A stretch of 64,000 bases of DNA from Octopus vulgaris (Eukaryota): positions 170,686,001-170,750,000 of the forward strand of contig OX597814.1 in assembly GCA_951406725.2 (NCBI GenBank), written 5' to 3'. Under the pieces are notes generated by a model. The model did not search any database and was not told where the DNA came from. It saw only the letters and a program-made list of their open reading frames with translations. Positions within the stretch are counted from its first letter, which is position 1. Each line of letters starts with the position of its first letter. Of the stretch, positions 1-12,599 are shown in pieces. The translations under genes were made by a program, and so were the position numbers.

Positions 1-105
1 AGCTTAGGTGTTTCGCTCATAAACACACACATCGCCCGGTCTGAGATTCGAACCCGCGATCCGTCGACCACAAGTCCACTGCTCTAACAACTAGGCCATG
101 TGTCT
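1..105 (-). mobile_element. tRNA-derived SINE head (family B), truncated by window edge
   Basis: Reverse complement reads TGGCCTAGTTGTTAGAG (A-box-like) ... GGTTCGAATCTC (B-box) followed by GTGTTTATGAGCGAAACACCTAAGCT, which recurs at 5066, 18850 and 23366. Confidence 0.75.
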
Positions 106-152
106 CTGCTAGATTAATAATGTAAACACGTGTGTGTGTATAATAATTTTTG

Positions 153-720
153 AACCAGATGTGTTGGGCTAATCATGTTGTTAGGATGGAAGATGGAAGG
201 CTACCCAAACAGATATTTTATGGGTAGCTAACCAGGGGGAAAAGGTCTCAGCACAAACTCAGAAAACGGTTTAAAGATGTCATTAAAGGCAAACTTAAAC
301 ATTATTGGATTGATATGGATATCCAGGAGACATTGGCTGAAAGCCATGGAGAGAGATTATCAAGTGCAGCTGTGGTGTCTTTGAGTAAAAGTAAATAGAG
401 TGTACCATCTCAAAAGCATTCACACTGTATGCAGGATCTAAGTGCAGTGCCTGTAGAAACCTAGCGGCAATTGAAAATCAATGTGAGGGTGATTTCTTCT
501 CTCAAGAGCAGAGTCTGTCAGCCAAATGAAATCACATGAGCCAAATAGAGATTGAGCAGCTTCTGTGATGATTCTAGTGCCATGCACATTGCGGGGCAGT
601 TGTACTGAAAAGAGAAGTGTCACATCTGTGAAAGTTCCTGCAGAATGGAAGCTGGCCTGAAAAGCCACCTGTGGGCACATGATTGTGCAATGTTCAATGA
701 AGAAATGGCACCCTTCTGAC
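153..720 (+). mobile_element. RTE-clade LINE ORF C-terminal fragment (degraded)
   Basis: Translates NQMCWANHVVRMEDGRLPKQIFYG*LTRGKRSQHKLRKRFKDVIK, matching the RTE post-RT motif W.GHV.RM...RLPK.I.YG.L..G.R..G.P..R.KD. Later reads KCHICESSCRMEAGLKSHLWAH, a C2H2-like finger. Contains stops. Confidence 0.8.
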
Positions 721-800
721 AAGATGCTGCAATCAGTATGTGCATGTGTGTGTAACCTTGTTTTTGCATCATAATAATGGCTGTAAATGAAATGAAATGT

Positions 801-1140
801 GAAGGCGCATGGCTCAGTGGTTAGAGCGTCGAGCTTACGATCGTGATGTTGTGAGCTTGAATCCTGGACCGGGCTGTGTGTTGTGTTCTTGAGTAAGACA
901 CTTTATTTCATGTTGCTCCAGTTCACTCAGCTGTAGAAATGAGTTGTGACATCACTGGTGCCAAGCTGTATTGGCCTTTGCCTTTCCCTTGGATAACACT
1001 GATGATGTGGAGAAGGGAGGCCGGTATGCATGGGCGACTGCTGGTCTTCCATAAACAACCTTGCTCGGACTTGTGCCTGGGAGGGTAACTTTCTAGGTGC
1101 AATCCCATGGTCAGTGTCATGGCCAAAGGGGGTCTCAGAA
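801..1140 (+). mobile_element. tRNA-derived SINE (family A) nested in an older RTE-tailed repeat
   Basis: GGCGCATGGCTCAGTGGTTAGAG head; central TTGTGTTCTTGAGTAAGACACTTTATTTC...CAGCTGTAGAAATGAG domain. GAAATGAAATG lies on both sides. A closely similar inverse copy is at 30290-30621. Confidence 0.85.
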
Positions 1141-1808
1141 ATGAAATGAGCATCATCATCATCATGATGCAAGCCAGGTTATTTGTTTTCAGGCTTCTGT
1201 GAAAGGCATGTCTGGCCATGAGAAAGTACAACATTGCTTGGAAACAGGTTGAGGGTTGGCAACAGCAAAGGCATCTATTTGTTGAAAATCTAGCTCTACG
1301 AATTCTGTCTGACCCAGGCAAGCATGGAAAAGTAGGCATTAAATAATGATATTAATGGTGATGATGTATACTCAGTGGAGCATAGAAGCAACAGTGGTAA
1401 CAAAACAAAAAAAAAACATACAGAAAGGTCATAAAAAACTTGTACCTGACTATGACAGAGTAAAGATGATGATGCTGATGATGGTGGTGGCATTACTACA
1501 GAACTGTTTCACCATCTCCACATGGAAGAAATGTCTGGGAGAGGAAAAGAAAAGGAAGGTCAAGAAATAGACATTAAAAAAAAACAACTTTACTATTAGG
1601 TCTGAAGGTCAAAGTGAACATGATAATAGAGATATGTGATGATGATGAGGAGGAGGAGGAAGAGGGGGATAATTTTGATGATATTTTCCAGCAAAATGGT
1701 TCCACTGAAGTCTTAGTTAATACTATGGCTGTAGGGTCTGGGCAAAGTTATTAAAAACTGAATACATTATTTCATGATATTGAGAATATAGTTGTAGAAA
1801 AGGTAAGA

Positions 1809-1848
<40 letters not shown>

Positions 1849-2459
1849 CGATGATGATGATGATGATGATGATATATATGTATGTATGTATATATGTATG
1901 TATATGTATGTACATATATACACATATATATATGTGTGTTTGTGTGTGTGTATATGCATGCATGTACATATATGTGTGTATACAAGATAGATATAGATAT
2001 CAGGAAAAGAAAGCAGATTTTGAAAGTTCTGACCGAATAAAGTGGTTCTGAATCTATGCCAAAAAAGATAAAAGATGAATCCAGCATCATTCATGAAATA
2101 AAAAGAAAAAGAAAAAAAAAACTTAGTGAAATGCCCAGCCATACATACATATATATATGCATACACATGTTCTTAGCAACTTATAGTAAAGAGGAAAGAG
2201 AACAATTGCAAGAAAAAAAAAGTAAAAATAGAGAAAAATAAAAGAAAAAAGAAAAATAGAGGAGAAAGACAAAGTAAAAAGATTCTTTTGGTCACAATAC
2301 TAAGACAGAAATAATTCCAAATTGTCATTAATGCCTGTTCTATATATGACTTTACAGATAGGATGGTTTAACTACATGTAGTTATTTCAATCTAACTTTC
2401 CTCTTTTTTGGTATGTGTGTGTGTATGTGTGTGAATGTGTGTGTATGTGTGTGTTTGTA

Positions 2460-2520
2460 TGAGAGAGAGAGAGAGGAAGTAGGAGAAAGGGAGAAATAGA
2501 AAGAGAAAAGAGTGGGAAGG

Positions 2521-2557
<37 letters not shown>

Positions 2558-2573
2558 AGGAAAGTGAGATAAT

Positions 2574-2611
<38 letters not shown>

Positions 2612-4490
2612 AGGAAAGTGAGTCAGTGAGAGAAAGAGATAGTAGATAGGAAAGTGAGATAATGACAGAAAGAGAGAAGGAGAGAGAGAGATAGGAGATA
2701 GGAAAGTGAGATAATGACAGAGAGAGAGAAGGAAAGAGAGAGAGATAGGAGATAGGAAAGTGAGATAATGACAGAGAGAGAGAAGGAAAGAGAGAGAGAG
2801 ATAAGATAGGAAAGTGAGATAATGACAGAAAGAGAGAAGGAGAGAGAGAGATAGGAGATAGGAAAGTGAGATAATGACAGAGAGAGAGAAGGAAAGAGAG
2901 AGAGAGATAAGATAGGAAAGTGAGATAATGACAGAGAGAGAGAGAAGGAGAGAGAGAGAGAAGGAGAGAGAGAGAGAGAGAGAAGATAGGAAAGTGAGTC
3001 AGTGAGAGAAAGAGATAGTAGATAGGAAAGTGAGATAATGACAGAAAGAGAGAAGGAGAGAGAGAGATAGGAGATAGGAAAGTGAGATAATGACACAGAG
3101 AGAGAAGGAAAGAGAGAGAGATAGGAGATAGGAAAGTGAGATAATGACAGAGAGAGAGAAGGAAAGAGAGAGAGAGATAAGATAGGAAAGTGAGATAATG
3201 ACAGAAAGAGAGAAGGAAAGAGAGAGAGATAGGAGATAGGAAAGTGAGATAATGACAGAGAGAGAGAAGGAAAGAGAGAGAGAGATAAGATAGGAAAGTG
3301 AGATAATGACAGAAAGAGAGAAGGAGAGAGAGAGATAGGAGATAGGAAAGTGAGATAATGACAGAGAGAGAGAAGGAAAGAGAGAGAGATAAGATAGGAA
3401 AGTGAGATAATGACAGAGAGAGAGAAGGAAAGAGAGAGAGAGATAAGATAGGAAAGTGAGATAATGACAGAAAGAGAGAAGGAGAGAGAGAGATAGGAGA
3501 TAGGAAAGTGAGATAATGACAGAGAGAGAGAAGGAAAGAGAGAGAGATAAGATAGGAAAGTGAGATAATGACAGAGAGAGAGAAGGAAAGACAGAGAGAG
3601 ATAAGATAGGAAAGTGAGATAATGACAGAGAGAGAGAAGGAAAGAGAGAGAGAGATAAGATAGGAAAGTGAGATAATGACAGAGAGAGAGAAGGAAAGAG
3701 AGAGAGAGATAAGATAGGAAAGTGAGATAATGACACAGAGAGAGAAGGAAAGAGAGAGAGATAGGAGATAGGAAAGTGAGATAATGACAGAGAGAGAGAA
3801 GGAGAGAGAGAGATAGGAGATAGGAAAGTGAGATAATGACAGAGAGAGAGAAGGAAAGAGAGAGAGATAGGAGATAGGAAAGTGAGATAATGACAGAGAG
3901 AGAGAAGGAGAGAGAGAGATAGGAGATAGGAAAGTGAGATAATGATAGAGAGAGAGAAGGAGAGAGAGATAGGAGATAGGAAAGTGAGATAATGACAGAG
4001 AGAGAGAAGGAAAGAGAGAGAGATAGGAGATAGGAAAGTGAGATAATGACAGAGAGAGAGAAGGAGAGAGAGAGATAGGAGATAGGAAAGTGAGATAATG
4101 ACAGAGAGAGAGAAGGAGAGAGAGAGAGAAGGAGAGAGAGAGAAGGAGAGAGAGAGAGAAGGAGAGAGAGAGAGAAGGAGAGAGAGAGATAGGAGATAGG
4201 AAAGTGAGATAATGACAGAGAGAGAGAAGGAGAGAGAGAGATAGGAGATAGGAAAATGAGATAATGACAGAGAGAGAGAGAAGGAGAGAGAGATAGGAGA
4301 TAGGAAAGTGAGATAATGACAGAGAGAGAGAAGGAGAGAGAGAGAGATAGGAGATAGGAAAGTGAGATAATGACAGAGAGAGAGAAGGAGAGAGAGATAG
4401 GAGATAGGAAAGTGAGATAATGACAGAGAGAGAGAAGGAAAGAGAGAGAGAGATAAGATAGGAAAGTGAGTCAGTGAGAGAGAGAGAGAG
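2460..4490. repeat. Purine-rich minisatellite, ~55-60 bp unit, roughly 30-35 copies
   Basis: Core GATAGGAAAGTGAGATAATGACA separated by variable (GA)n/AAGGA tracts. Source of the spurious 737-aa Ser/Leu ORF. Confidence 0.95.
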
Positions 4491-4676
4491 AGGGGGGGAA
4501 TTGTGAATGTTGTGACAGAAAGAAAGCAGCCATGTTATGAATGAGAAGTAGGAAAGAGAAGGACAGGCAGGAAACTCTGTGAGTCTGGTGTGCATGTGCG
4601 TGAAAGAGAAAGACAGACAGAAGAATGGAGGCAGTTACAAAGGTATAGCAGAAGATGAAGAGAGAGGAGGCAATAT

Positions 4677-4718
<42 letters not shown>

Positions 4719-5065
4719 ACAGTGCAAGAGAGAAAAAGAGACAGTGTGAGAAGGAGAAGGAAGAGAAAGAAAATGGAAGCGAGATATAAGGAAGGTGCGA
4801 GAAGGAAACTTGAGCTTTACAAAATAGGAGAGGTATGAGGAAACAAAGAGAGGGTAAGAGAGAGAGGATAAGAAAAAAAAAAGAGTGTGGAAGAAGTTAG
4901 AGGAGTAAAAAAAATTCTACTTAGCAAACTAATGTAGAACAAGCATGGTGAGACGGGGTGGGGGGAAGAACAAATCCCCCCCCCACCGACCACCACGAGG
5001 CATTAAACAGTGGACATTTTTATAGGCTGTCTTGTGGTTATCATCGTCTATAGCAGTGGTAACAG

Positions 5066-5400
5066 TGGAGGCGCAATGGCCCAATGGTTAGGGCGGCAGA
5101 CTCACGGTCGGATGATCGCGGTTTCAATTCCCAGACCGGGCATTGTGTGTGTTTATCGAGCGAAAACACCTAAAAGCTCCACAAGGCTCCGGCATGGGGT
5201 GGTGGCGACCCCTGTTGTACTCTTTCGCCCCCAACTTTCTCTCACTCTTTCTTCCTGTTTCTTGTCCTCGACTTCCTATGCAACCGCTGAGCCTGGATGC
5301 GCATTCATCCCTCCGTCGATGCTCTTGGTGTCGGGGGTTGACTTGCTTTCTCTTCTGCAGGTCTTACGAATAGCAAAGGACCACGATTCGGACTTCTCCC
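5066..5400 (+). mobile_element. tRNA-derived SINE (family B variant)
   Basis: GGAGGCGCAATGGCCCAATGGTTAGGG head, GGTTTCAATTCCC B-box, GAGCGAAAACACCTAAAAGCTCCAC body shared with 18850 and 23366. Confidence 0.8.
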
Positions 5401-6789
5401 ATCTTGTGAGCTCTGGAACAAAGACCATTTGCTCAACAGTAACAGCAGCAGCAGTAACAACCATGAATATATACATACTTCTTGGAAAACCACCATCATA
5501 TATATATTATCATCATCATCATCATCGTCATCACTTAATGTCCATGTTCCATGCTGGCATGGGTTGGAAAGTTTGACAGGATCCAACAGACCCAGAGACA
5601 GCATCAAACTCCAGTGTCTGCTTTGACATGGTTTCTACTGCTTGATATTGTCCCTAAGGTTGACCCCTTTATAGCATATACAGGGTGCTTTCTTTTTACC
5701 ATGGCACTAGCACTTGTGAGGTCACTATGTAGTTTGCAAGGGAGAGCAACTTCATGTTGGGATACTAAGAAATAGAGAGGGGTGAGTTATAAGAAAAAAA
5801 AGGGGGCCAGAGTAGAAGAGGTTTCTTGCTGTAGATGAACTACAAGACTGCTCACATTTTAGAAGAGAGTGGGTGGTGAAGCTGGAAAGTGATAAAAGCT
5901 GATGATAAGGTTACAGGAGTGAGATGGGGGAGTCTGATAGTGCAGAGCTGCAGATACAAACTCTGCTAATTGTCTAAGTGGAAGATGGAGTTAATTGTCC
6001 TCCACTTCCATACTCCCTCACATACCTACCTGCACATATATCCCTGTTAAATCCCTTCCCCACAAAATATCCTCCTAATACACTCCCTTCATCCTGTACC
6101 CACTCATTATATCCTTGCCTCCAGGGCCCACTCTCCCTTTCGCAATCCTATGAACTCACTCGCTCTATTCCCTCGTTCACTTCACTATATACACCTTCCT
6201 ATATTTTGGGTGTACAGCCCCTAACCCATCCCTGCTACATCTTTACCATCTTTTTCTCCATTTACAGTAGTCATGTTTCTCTTCTAATGCAAGACCCCTT
6301 TTCTATCTCTCAATACTTCTCTACCACTTCCATTGAAGAGTCTTTGTCTTGCTAGTTACTCGGTGACCTCACTAATGTTGGTGCCACATAAAATGCACTA
6401 AGTACACTCTGTAATGTGGTTGGCAGTAGGAAGAACATCAAGTCATAGGAACCATACCAAAGCAGGCAGTAGAGCTTGGCACAGACTTCTGACTTTCCAG
6501 ATTCTGTCAACTCATTCAACCCATGCCAGCATGGATGTTGAATTAGGAGGATGATTACTGGTATTCAAAGCAAGAAGAACAATGTTCATGATCCCCTTTG
6601 AAGGATCTCTGTGAATGGTAGTGGTGGAATAAAAGAGGAAGAAAGTCCAGTTCATATGTCTTGTTGTTTAGACCCAGGTCAGCTCTAACAGAGTAAGCCT
6701 ATGTTCAAAAGCATTCAAGTCATGACCATCATCATGTACTTTTCGTACATGGAGGGGACCAAGGATTACATTATCCAATGTGTTCTTTT

Positions 6790-7274
6790 TTATATTCTGA
6801 ATGCCTTACTTCCCTGGGCATGGATACATTGAAACTCCAACATCTGGCAGTTGACTTGGCAGACACCCATAAAATTATTAACCATCTTACAAACAATAAC
6901 TCTGAGCACCTTTTCAAACTCCTCCTGTCTAACACCCATGGACATGTTTACAAAGTCAGAAAACAGTACAGCTCCCATGACTTTCGGAAACATTTTTTTC
7001 ACGCTAAGAGTTGCTGAAGCATGGAACAAACTGCTGGCATCAGTTGTTAGTTGTCGGAGCACTGCATCCTTCAAAACTTCCATACTTCCTGAGATTCGCC
7101 AACACTACACCTGATTTTCTTGCCTCCATACACACACAAGCATGTATCTGACTCATACACTGTTCACTTCCCAGACATTTGTACATTACTGCGTATGCTT
7201 TATATGCACTTTTGACAAGTTGTGGTGCACCTGAGCACTGTATACAATAATTTCATTATTATTATTATTATTAC

Positions 7275-7320
<46 letters not shown>
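6790..7320 (+). mobile_element. CR1-clade LINE 3' end with (ATT)n tail
   Basis: YSECLTSLGMDTLKLQHLAVDLADTHKII...NTHGHVYKVRKQ...FRKHFF/TLRVAEAWNKL..SVVSC.STASFK matches the CR1 ORF2 C-terminus pattern (Y.ERL..L....L..RRL..DL...KI; TRGH..KL; R..FF..RV...WN.LP..VV...S...FK). One frameshift; followed by 3'UTR and (ATT)n. Confidence 0.85.
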
Positions 7321-7323
<3 letters not shown>

Positions 7324-8051
7324 TTAAGAAAATATAGTGTGATCTGAGGAAGATCAGACTGCTATTTCTAGAAGTTGAAGTAAACACAAAAAGGCTTCTG
7401 CATCAGGATATTGGGAAACTTCCAGATCAGAGAGCTGCTCTGAAATTTCACTCATATACTGTAACTTAGTGGTTCAGCAAAAGAGGCCAACAAAATAAGC
7501 ACAAGAGTTTAAAAAAGTAAGTACTGGGTTGATTCATTTGACTAAAGATTCTTCCTCAAGGCAGTGCCCCAATACGGTTGCAGTCTAATGACTGAAACAA
7601 GTAAAAGATTAAAGATAAAAGATACTTTGAACTGATTTGAAGCTATGTTAATTCAACTCAGAATGAAAGATATAATCATCTCTTTGACGTGATTTGAATC
7701 CATAATCCTAAGGGACATAATGACGATTATTGTAAACATTAGCAAGGGAAGTATTTCATCTGGTTTTCCCTTGATTCTATCATCCACTATCCTCTGTGTA
7801 CCGAGAATGATAAATTCAAATTGTTATTGACTTGGCACAGATATATATGCATATAAATATATGTGTGTGTGTGAGTGTATATAAATGTATATATATAAGT
7901 GTACATATATATATATATATATGTGAGTGTGTGTATTTCCTTTCCTGAGCGTCCAATAACACTATACTTGTTCCACGTCCTCGTGTTGTTGTGTTTTCTC
8001 TTTGTTCATGTTTGGTAATAATAATAATGATAATAATAATAATAATAATAA

Positions 8052-8270
8052 TAATCGTTTCTACGATAGGCACAAGGCCTAAAATTTTGGGAGGGAGGGC
8101 CAGTTGGATACATTGACCCCCAGTATGTAATGGGTACTTATTTCATTGACCCTGAAAGGATGAAAGGTAAAGTTGATCTTGGTGGAATTTGAACCCAGAA
8201 TGTATAGACGGACAAAATGCTGATAAGCATTTTCCCCGGCATGCTAACGATTCGGACAGCTCACTGCCTT
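8052..8270 (-). mobile_element. tRNA-derived SINE (family E, AAT-tailed)
   Basis: Reverse complement GGCAGTGAGCTGTCCGAATCGTTAGC...GGGTTCAAATTCC...CTTTCATCCTTTCAGGGTCAATGAAATAAGTACC, flanked by (AAT)n. Other copies near 13030, 15045, 38118-39295 and 52345-52802. Confidence 0.8.
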
Positions 8271-8291
8271 GCTACCATCATCATCATCATC

Positions 8292-8332
<41 letters not shown>

Positions 8333-8729
8333 TAATAATAAATAATAGTAATAATAATAGTAATAATAATACCAAAATAGCATTAACAACAACTACAATA
8401 ACATATGCATTGAGCGTAGATACTCAGTTTGAAGTAATTCTGTTGGATAAATAAAAAAGAAAAGAAAAAATCTACAATTCTTTAGATTCCTTGTATCTAA
8501 AAGTAGGAATAACCCTTAACTTTTGTAGGGAGAGAGAGACTAGCCTTTTTTTATCATCATTTTTACAATGGACTATTAGTTTGAAAAAGCAAAGGTTAAG
8601 ATTAGAAAGACAAAATTCCTAATTATTGGTCATAAAAGACTTTATTAAATAGCAGTCTGTGGAATAAAAGGTTCCTTTGCAAAGCAAACCTTAGCTGTCT
8701 ATAGAACAGCTGTGTGTGATTGTGCATAC

Positions 8730-8818
<89 letters not shown>

Positions 8819-9576
8819 TGTATGTATGTATGTATGTATGTGTATATGTACAGGGAGAGAAAGGAGAGAGGAAGAGCGAGACAGAGAAAAGAGCGTCTAT
8901 GTAACAATGTAATTAATGATAAATTCCAAGCACCGAACAGAGCAATGAAACTGTCTAGCAGAATGAAATTACCAATACTGATGCATACAAGTTTATAGGG
9001 CGGGCGTCTCCCTATGTCAAGTTAGGTATCTCAACATCTACAGATCATGTGGCAGTTATTGTACATATACAACCAGAAACAACACGGCCATGAAATGGTT
9101 ATTGACTGCAGACTTGATTGCTTCTTTCTAGGCATTAGAACATTAAAGGTATCTATAGAAGGACATTACTTGTCAAATCGGTATTGTACATGCCTTCATT
9201 TTGATTACCAAAACTACAAGAGTTGAAAGGGTCAAATTGATAGTAAACTTTCTATCCAATAGACATTATGGTAAATCACTTAAGAATATCAAATGTTATC
9301 GGAGTGATAGGTGTCTAATCAGAAGCACTGTAAAGTGATTATGTTATGGAGGTAATTTTCATAAACGTTTACCCACACAAAAGGATGTAGATTAAGTTTA
9401 GAATTCTGTGCAGTACAACTTCTAATGATCTGCTGATATGTTTGCAGACGGGAATTCACATACATATAATATAACTATCAGCTTTGTGATAGAAGTAGTA
9501 ATTCTGCAAGGTATCAAATATGTGTGTGTGTGTGTATGAATGTGTGTGTCTCTCTCTCTCTCTATATATATATATA

Positions 9577-9647
<71 letters not shown>

Positions 9648-9752
9648 TAATTATATATATATAAATATTTTTAAATTAACAATTGACATAAGTTACAAAG
9701 TGACTTATACATACAAATAAACATATATATATATACATATATATATATAATT

Positions 9753-9815
<63 letters not shown>

Positions 9816-9817
9816 AT

Positions 9818-10110
9818 ATATGTGACAATTATTCGATAGCCATGATAAAACTCTGAGTTTTGGATGTAGGGGTGGAAATCCATGCCACCATCTCTTCAGT
9901 TATCTGGCCATCAGAAAAAATAGCATTTTTTCCGATGGCCAGATAACTGAAGAAATGTCGGCATGGGTTTCCACCCCTACATCCAAAACTCAGAGTTTTA
10001 TCATGGCTACCGAATAATTGTCACATATTACATTTACAGATAAATTCCTCTATTTATATAATATCGAGGTCTCTTTCATTCCTTTGTTGTCTTACCATTT
10101 TTATCAATAT
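9818..10110. mobile_element. Palindromic Penelope-pLTR/retrozyme-like element, family H1
   Basis: ~100-bp inverted arms (9818-10028) centred near 9920, right arm extended by ~80-nt tail, inserted in (TA)n. Each arm carries a hammerhead-shaped motif. Confidence 0.65.
9942..10002 (+). ncRNA. Type I hammerhead ribozyme motif, degenerate (G12>A)
   Basis: Stem I GATAA/TTATC; CTGAAGA; imperfect stem II; AAAA in place of GAAA; stem III ACTC-A-GAGT; UH = TT. Confidence 0.55.
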
Positions 10111-10276
10111 TTTATTTATATATATTTTATTTAATTTCAAGGCTGATCTCAGGTTCTCAGGATCTTGAACCTTAATGAGGAGATGACAAAGGATTAAGAT
10201 GATTGGTGGTATGCATTTCTTGAGAAGACTCACCCACCTTGGTAAAACTGAGATAATGAGAGTAAATCATATGTGA

Positions 10277-10462
10277 TACCTGTGCCGGTGACACATAAAA
10301 AGCACCCACCACACTCTCAGAGTGGTTGGCATTAGGAAGGGCATCTAGCTATAGAAACACTGCCAGATCAGACTGGTGCAGCCTCCTGGCTTTCCAAACC
10401 CCGGTTGAACCGTCCAACCTATGCTAGCATGGAAAATGGACGTTAAATGAGGATGATGATGA
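10277..10462 (+). mobile_element. RTE-type 3' tail fragment
   Basis: GTGCCGGTGACACATAAAAAGCACCC...GGCATTAGGAAGGGCATC...CTATGCTAGCATGGAAAATGGACGTTAAA(GAT)n, the same tail as the RTE LINE at 28430-29342. Further copies at ~5509(-), 6340, 10798, 20793(-), 29980, 32578(-), 32908(-), 45085 and 56947. Confidence 0.8.
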
Positions 10463-10479
10463 TATATGTATATATATAT

Positions 10480-10797
10480 AAACAATTGCAGAGTGGAAGA
10501 TATTTGTAAGCCATTCAAGAACACACAAAAACCGTCAGTTTCACTTCAACACTTAATTTTCATCTGTGGCAAAATATTTTCATCACTTTGAAACCATGAC
10601 CTGTTCACTGACAAAACTTGGTGAGGTTGCGGTTTCAAAGCAACAAAAACACTTTAACACAAGAAAATTAAATGCTGAAGTGAAACTAACAGATTTTGTG
10701 TGTCCTTGAATGGCTTACAAATATCTTCCATGCTGCAATTGTTTTTGTTTCAGCACACGATCTCAGATCAAGTCACTTGCTATGCAAGTACATTTCC
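10480..10797. mobile_element. Palindromic pLTR/retrozyme-like element, family H2
   Basis: Inverted arms 10480-10744 (AACAATTGCAG...CTGCAATTGTT) plus ~55-nt tail. Homologous to the single-arm copy at 58355-58556. Confidence 0.65.
10565..10615 (-). ncRNA. Type I hammerhead-like motif with G3:C8 core variant
   Basis: Reverse complement: TTTGTCA GTGAACA G GTCAT-GGTTTCAAA-GTGAT GAAA ATAT T T TGCCACA. Confidence 0.5.
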
Positions 10798-11372
10798 AAA
10801 GCACCCACTACACTCTTGGAGTGGTTGGCATTAGGAAGGGCATCCAGGTGTAGAAACTCTGCCAGATCAGATTGGAGCCTGGTGCAGCCATCTGATTTGC
10901 CAGTCCTCTGTCAAATTGTCCAACCCATGCTAGCATGGAAAGCAGACGTTAAACGATGATGATGATGATGATGACACACATTCACAACACATACACATAT
11001 ATATATGCGTGTGTGTGTGTGTGTGAACTACTACCCGATATCCTCCTCAAGACATTCCCAACACTAACTGCAGAAGTGCATCCTTCAGCTTTACCCTAGA
11101 ACTAGTTACCTCCTTTTTGCTACCCAGAGCAATTTTAATTGTTATCCTTCCTAATGTCAACCACCTTGTAGAATGTACTGGGTGTATTTTCATGCCACTG
11201 ACACTTGTGGGTTCACCAAGTAGCTCACAATCCAAGATCCCTTGATTAAGGGGAATATAGTATAGATGGCATGCCCAGTGTGAGACAACAGTGTGACAGA
11301 GAGATAGATAGGAACAGGTGCTTTGCTATAGAGGAGATACATGGCTACACCAGCTGTTAAAAACATATATAT

Positions 11373-11718
11373 CTTTTATTTTTTACTTGTTTCAGTCATT
11401 AGACTGCAACCATGCTAGGACACCACCTTGAAAATTTTTTTAGTTGAATGAATTGGCATCAGTTCTTTTTTATAAAGATTGATATTTATTCTCTCAATCT
11501 TTTTTTTTTTGTGAAACCACTAAGTTACAAGGATGTATATATACACACACACACATACAGATGGGCTTCTTTCAGATTCCATCTACCAAATCCACTCACG
11601 AGGCTTTGGTCGACCTTAGGCTACAGTAGAAGACACTTGCCCAAGGTGCCATGCAGTAGGACTGAACCCAGAACCATGTGGTTGAGAAATAAGCTTCTTA
11701 CCACACAGCCCTGCCTGC
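11373..11718 (-). mobile_element. tRNA-derived SINE (family D), degraded
   Basis: Shares TTACTTGTTTCAGTCATT tail and GGGCTTCTTTCAG..TCTACCAAATCCACTCAC..GACACTTGCCCAAGGTGCC..GACTGAACCC..ACCACACAGCC head (antisense) with other family D copies. Confidence 0.8.
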
Positions 11719-11721
11719 ACT

Positions 11722-12086
11722 CTATCAGTTACGATAACAAGGGTTCCAGTTGACCCAATCAATGGAACAGCCTGCTCATAAAATTAATGTGCAAGTGGCT
11801 GAGCTCTCCACAGACACATGTACCCCTTAACGTAGTTCTCGAGATTCAGCATGACACAGAGTGTGAAAAGGCTGGCCCTTTGAAATACAGGTACAACAGA
11901 AGCAGGAAGAGTTAGAGGAAGTTGTGGTGAAAGAGTACAGCAGGGTTCGCCACCACCCACTGCTGGAGCTTCGAGGAGCTTTAAGTGTTATCGCTCAATA
12001 AACACTCACAATGCATGGTCAAGGAATTGAAACCACAATCCTGTGACTGTGAGTCCGCAGCCCTAACCACTGGGCCATTGTGCCTC

Positions 12087-12088
<2 letters not shown>
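11722..12088 (-). mobile_element. tRNA-derived SINE (family B2)
   Basis: Inverse of the 23366-23730 copy, including head GGAGGCACAATGGCCCAGTGGTTAGGG. Confidence 0.8.
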
Positions 12089-12137
<49 letters not shown>

Positions 12138-12557
12138 CCACACACCCTTATTTGTAGGTAATGCACTTAATCTATAGCTGGGTTGAACAGTGCCTTAGAT
12201 ACTCCTAGCACAGTTAAAACAACTGCAACAAGCCATAGGGCAATATTCCAGTTTTAGGATAATTTTTCTCCTTACCTCACTACAGTATTAGGAGCCCTGC
12301 AAAGGCTCATGGGTGCTGCCTATCCACTTTTGATTAAACCATTAAAAATGCACTAGCAAACCATTAAAAAATACAGTAGCCTATATTATGAGTCAGTTAC
12401 TGCAATTGACAATATCTACCAACAAGCAGTGAAAAAAGCAACTCTTTTTTGCAGAAACAGGTAGTCACTTACATGGACAAATAAATTATACATTATTTTG
12501 TTATCAACTCTATGAAGCTGTCAGTTCTCATTTAGAGAATTGTCTACTCTAATTCAT

Positions 12558-12599
<42 letters not shown>

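Noticed and set aside
2382-4595. 737-aa Ser/Leu-rich ORF and CRISPR-like repeat/spacer periodicity
   Set aside because: The spacers are only (GA)n variants rather than unique sequences, there are no cas genes, and the context is eukaryotic. The ORF is the stop-free pyrimidine strand of a minisatellite.
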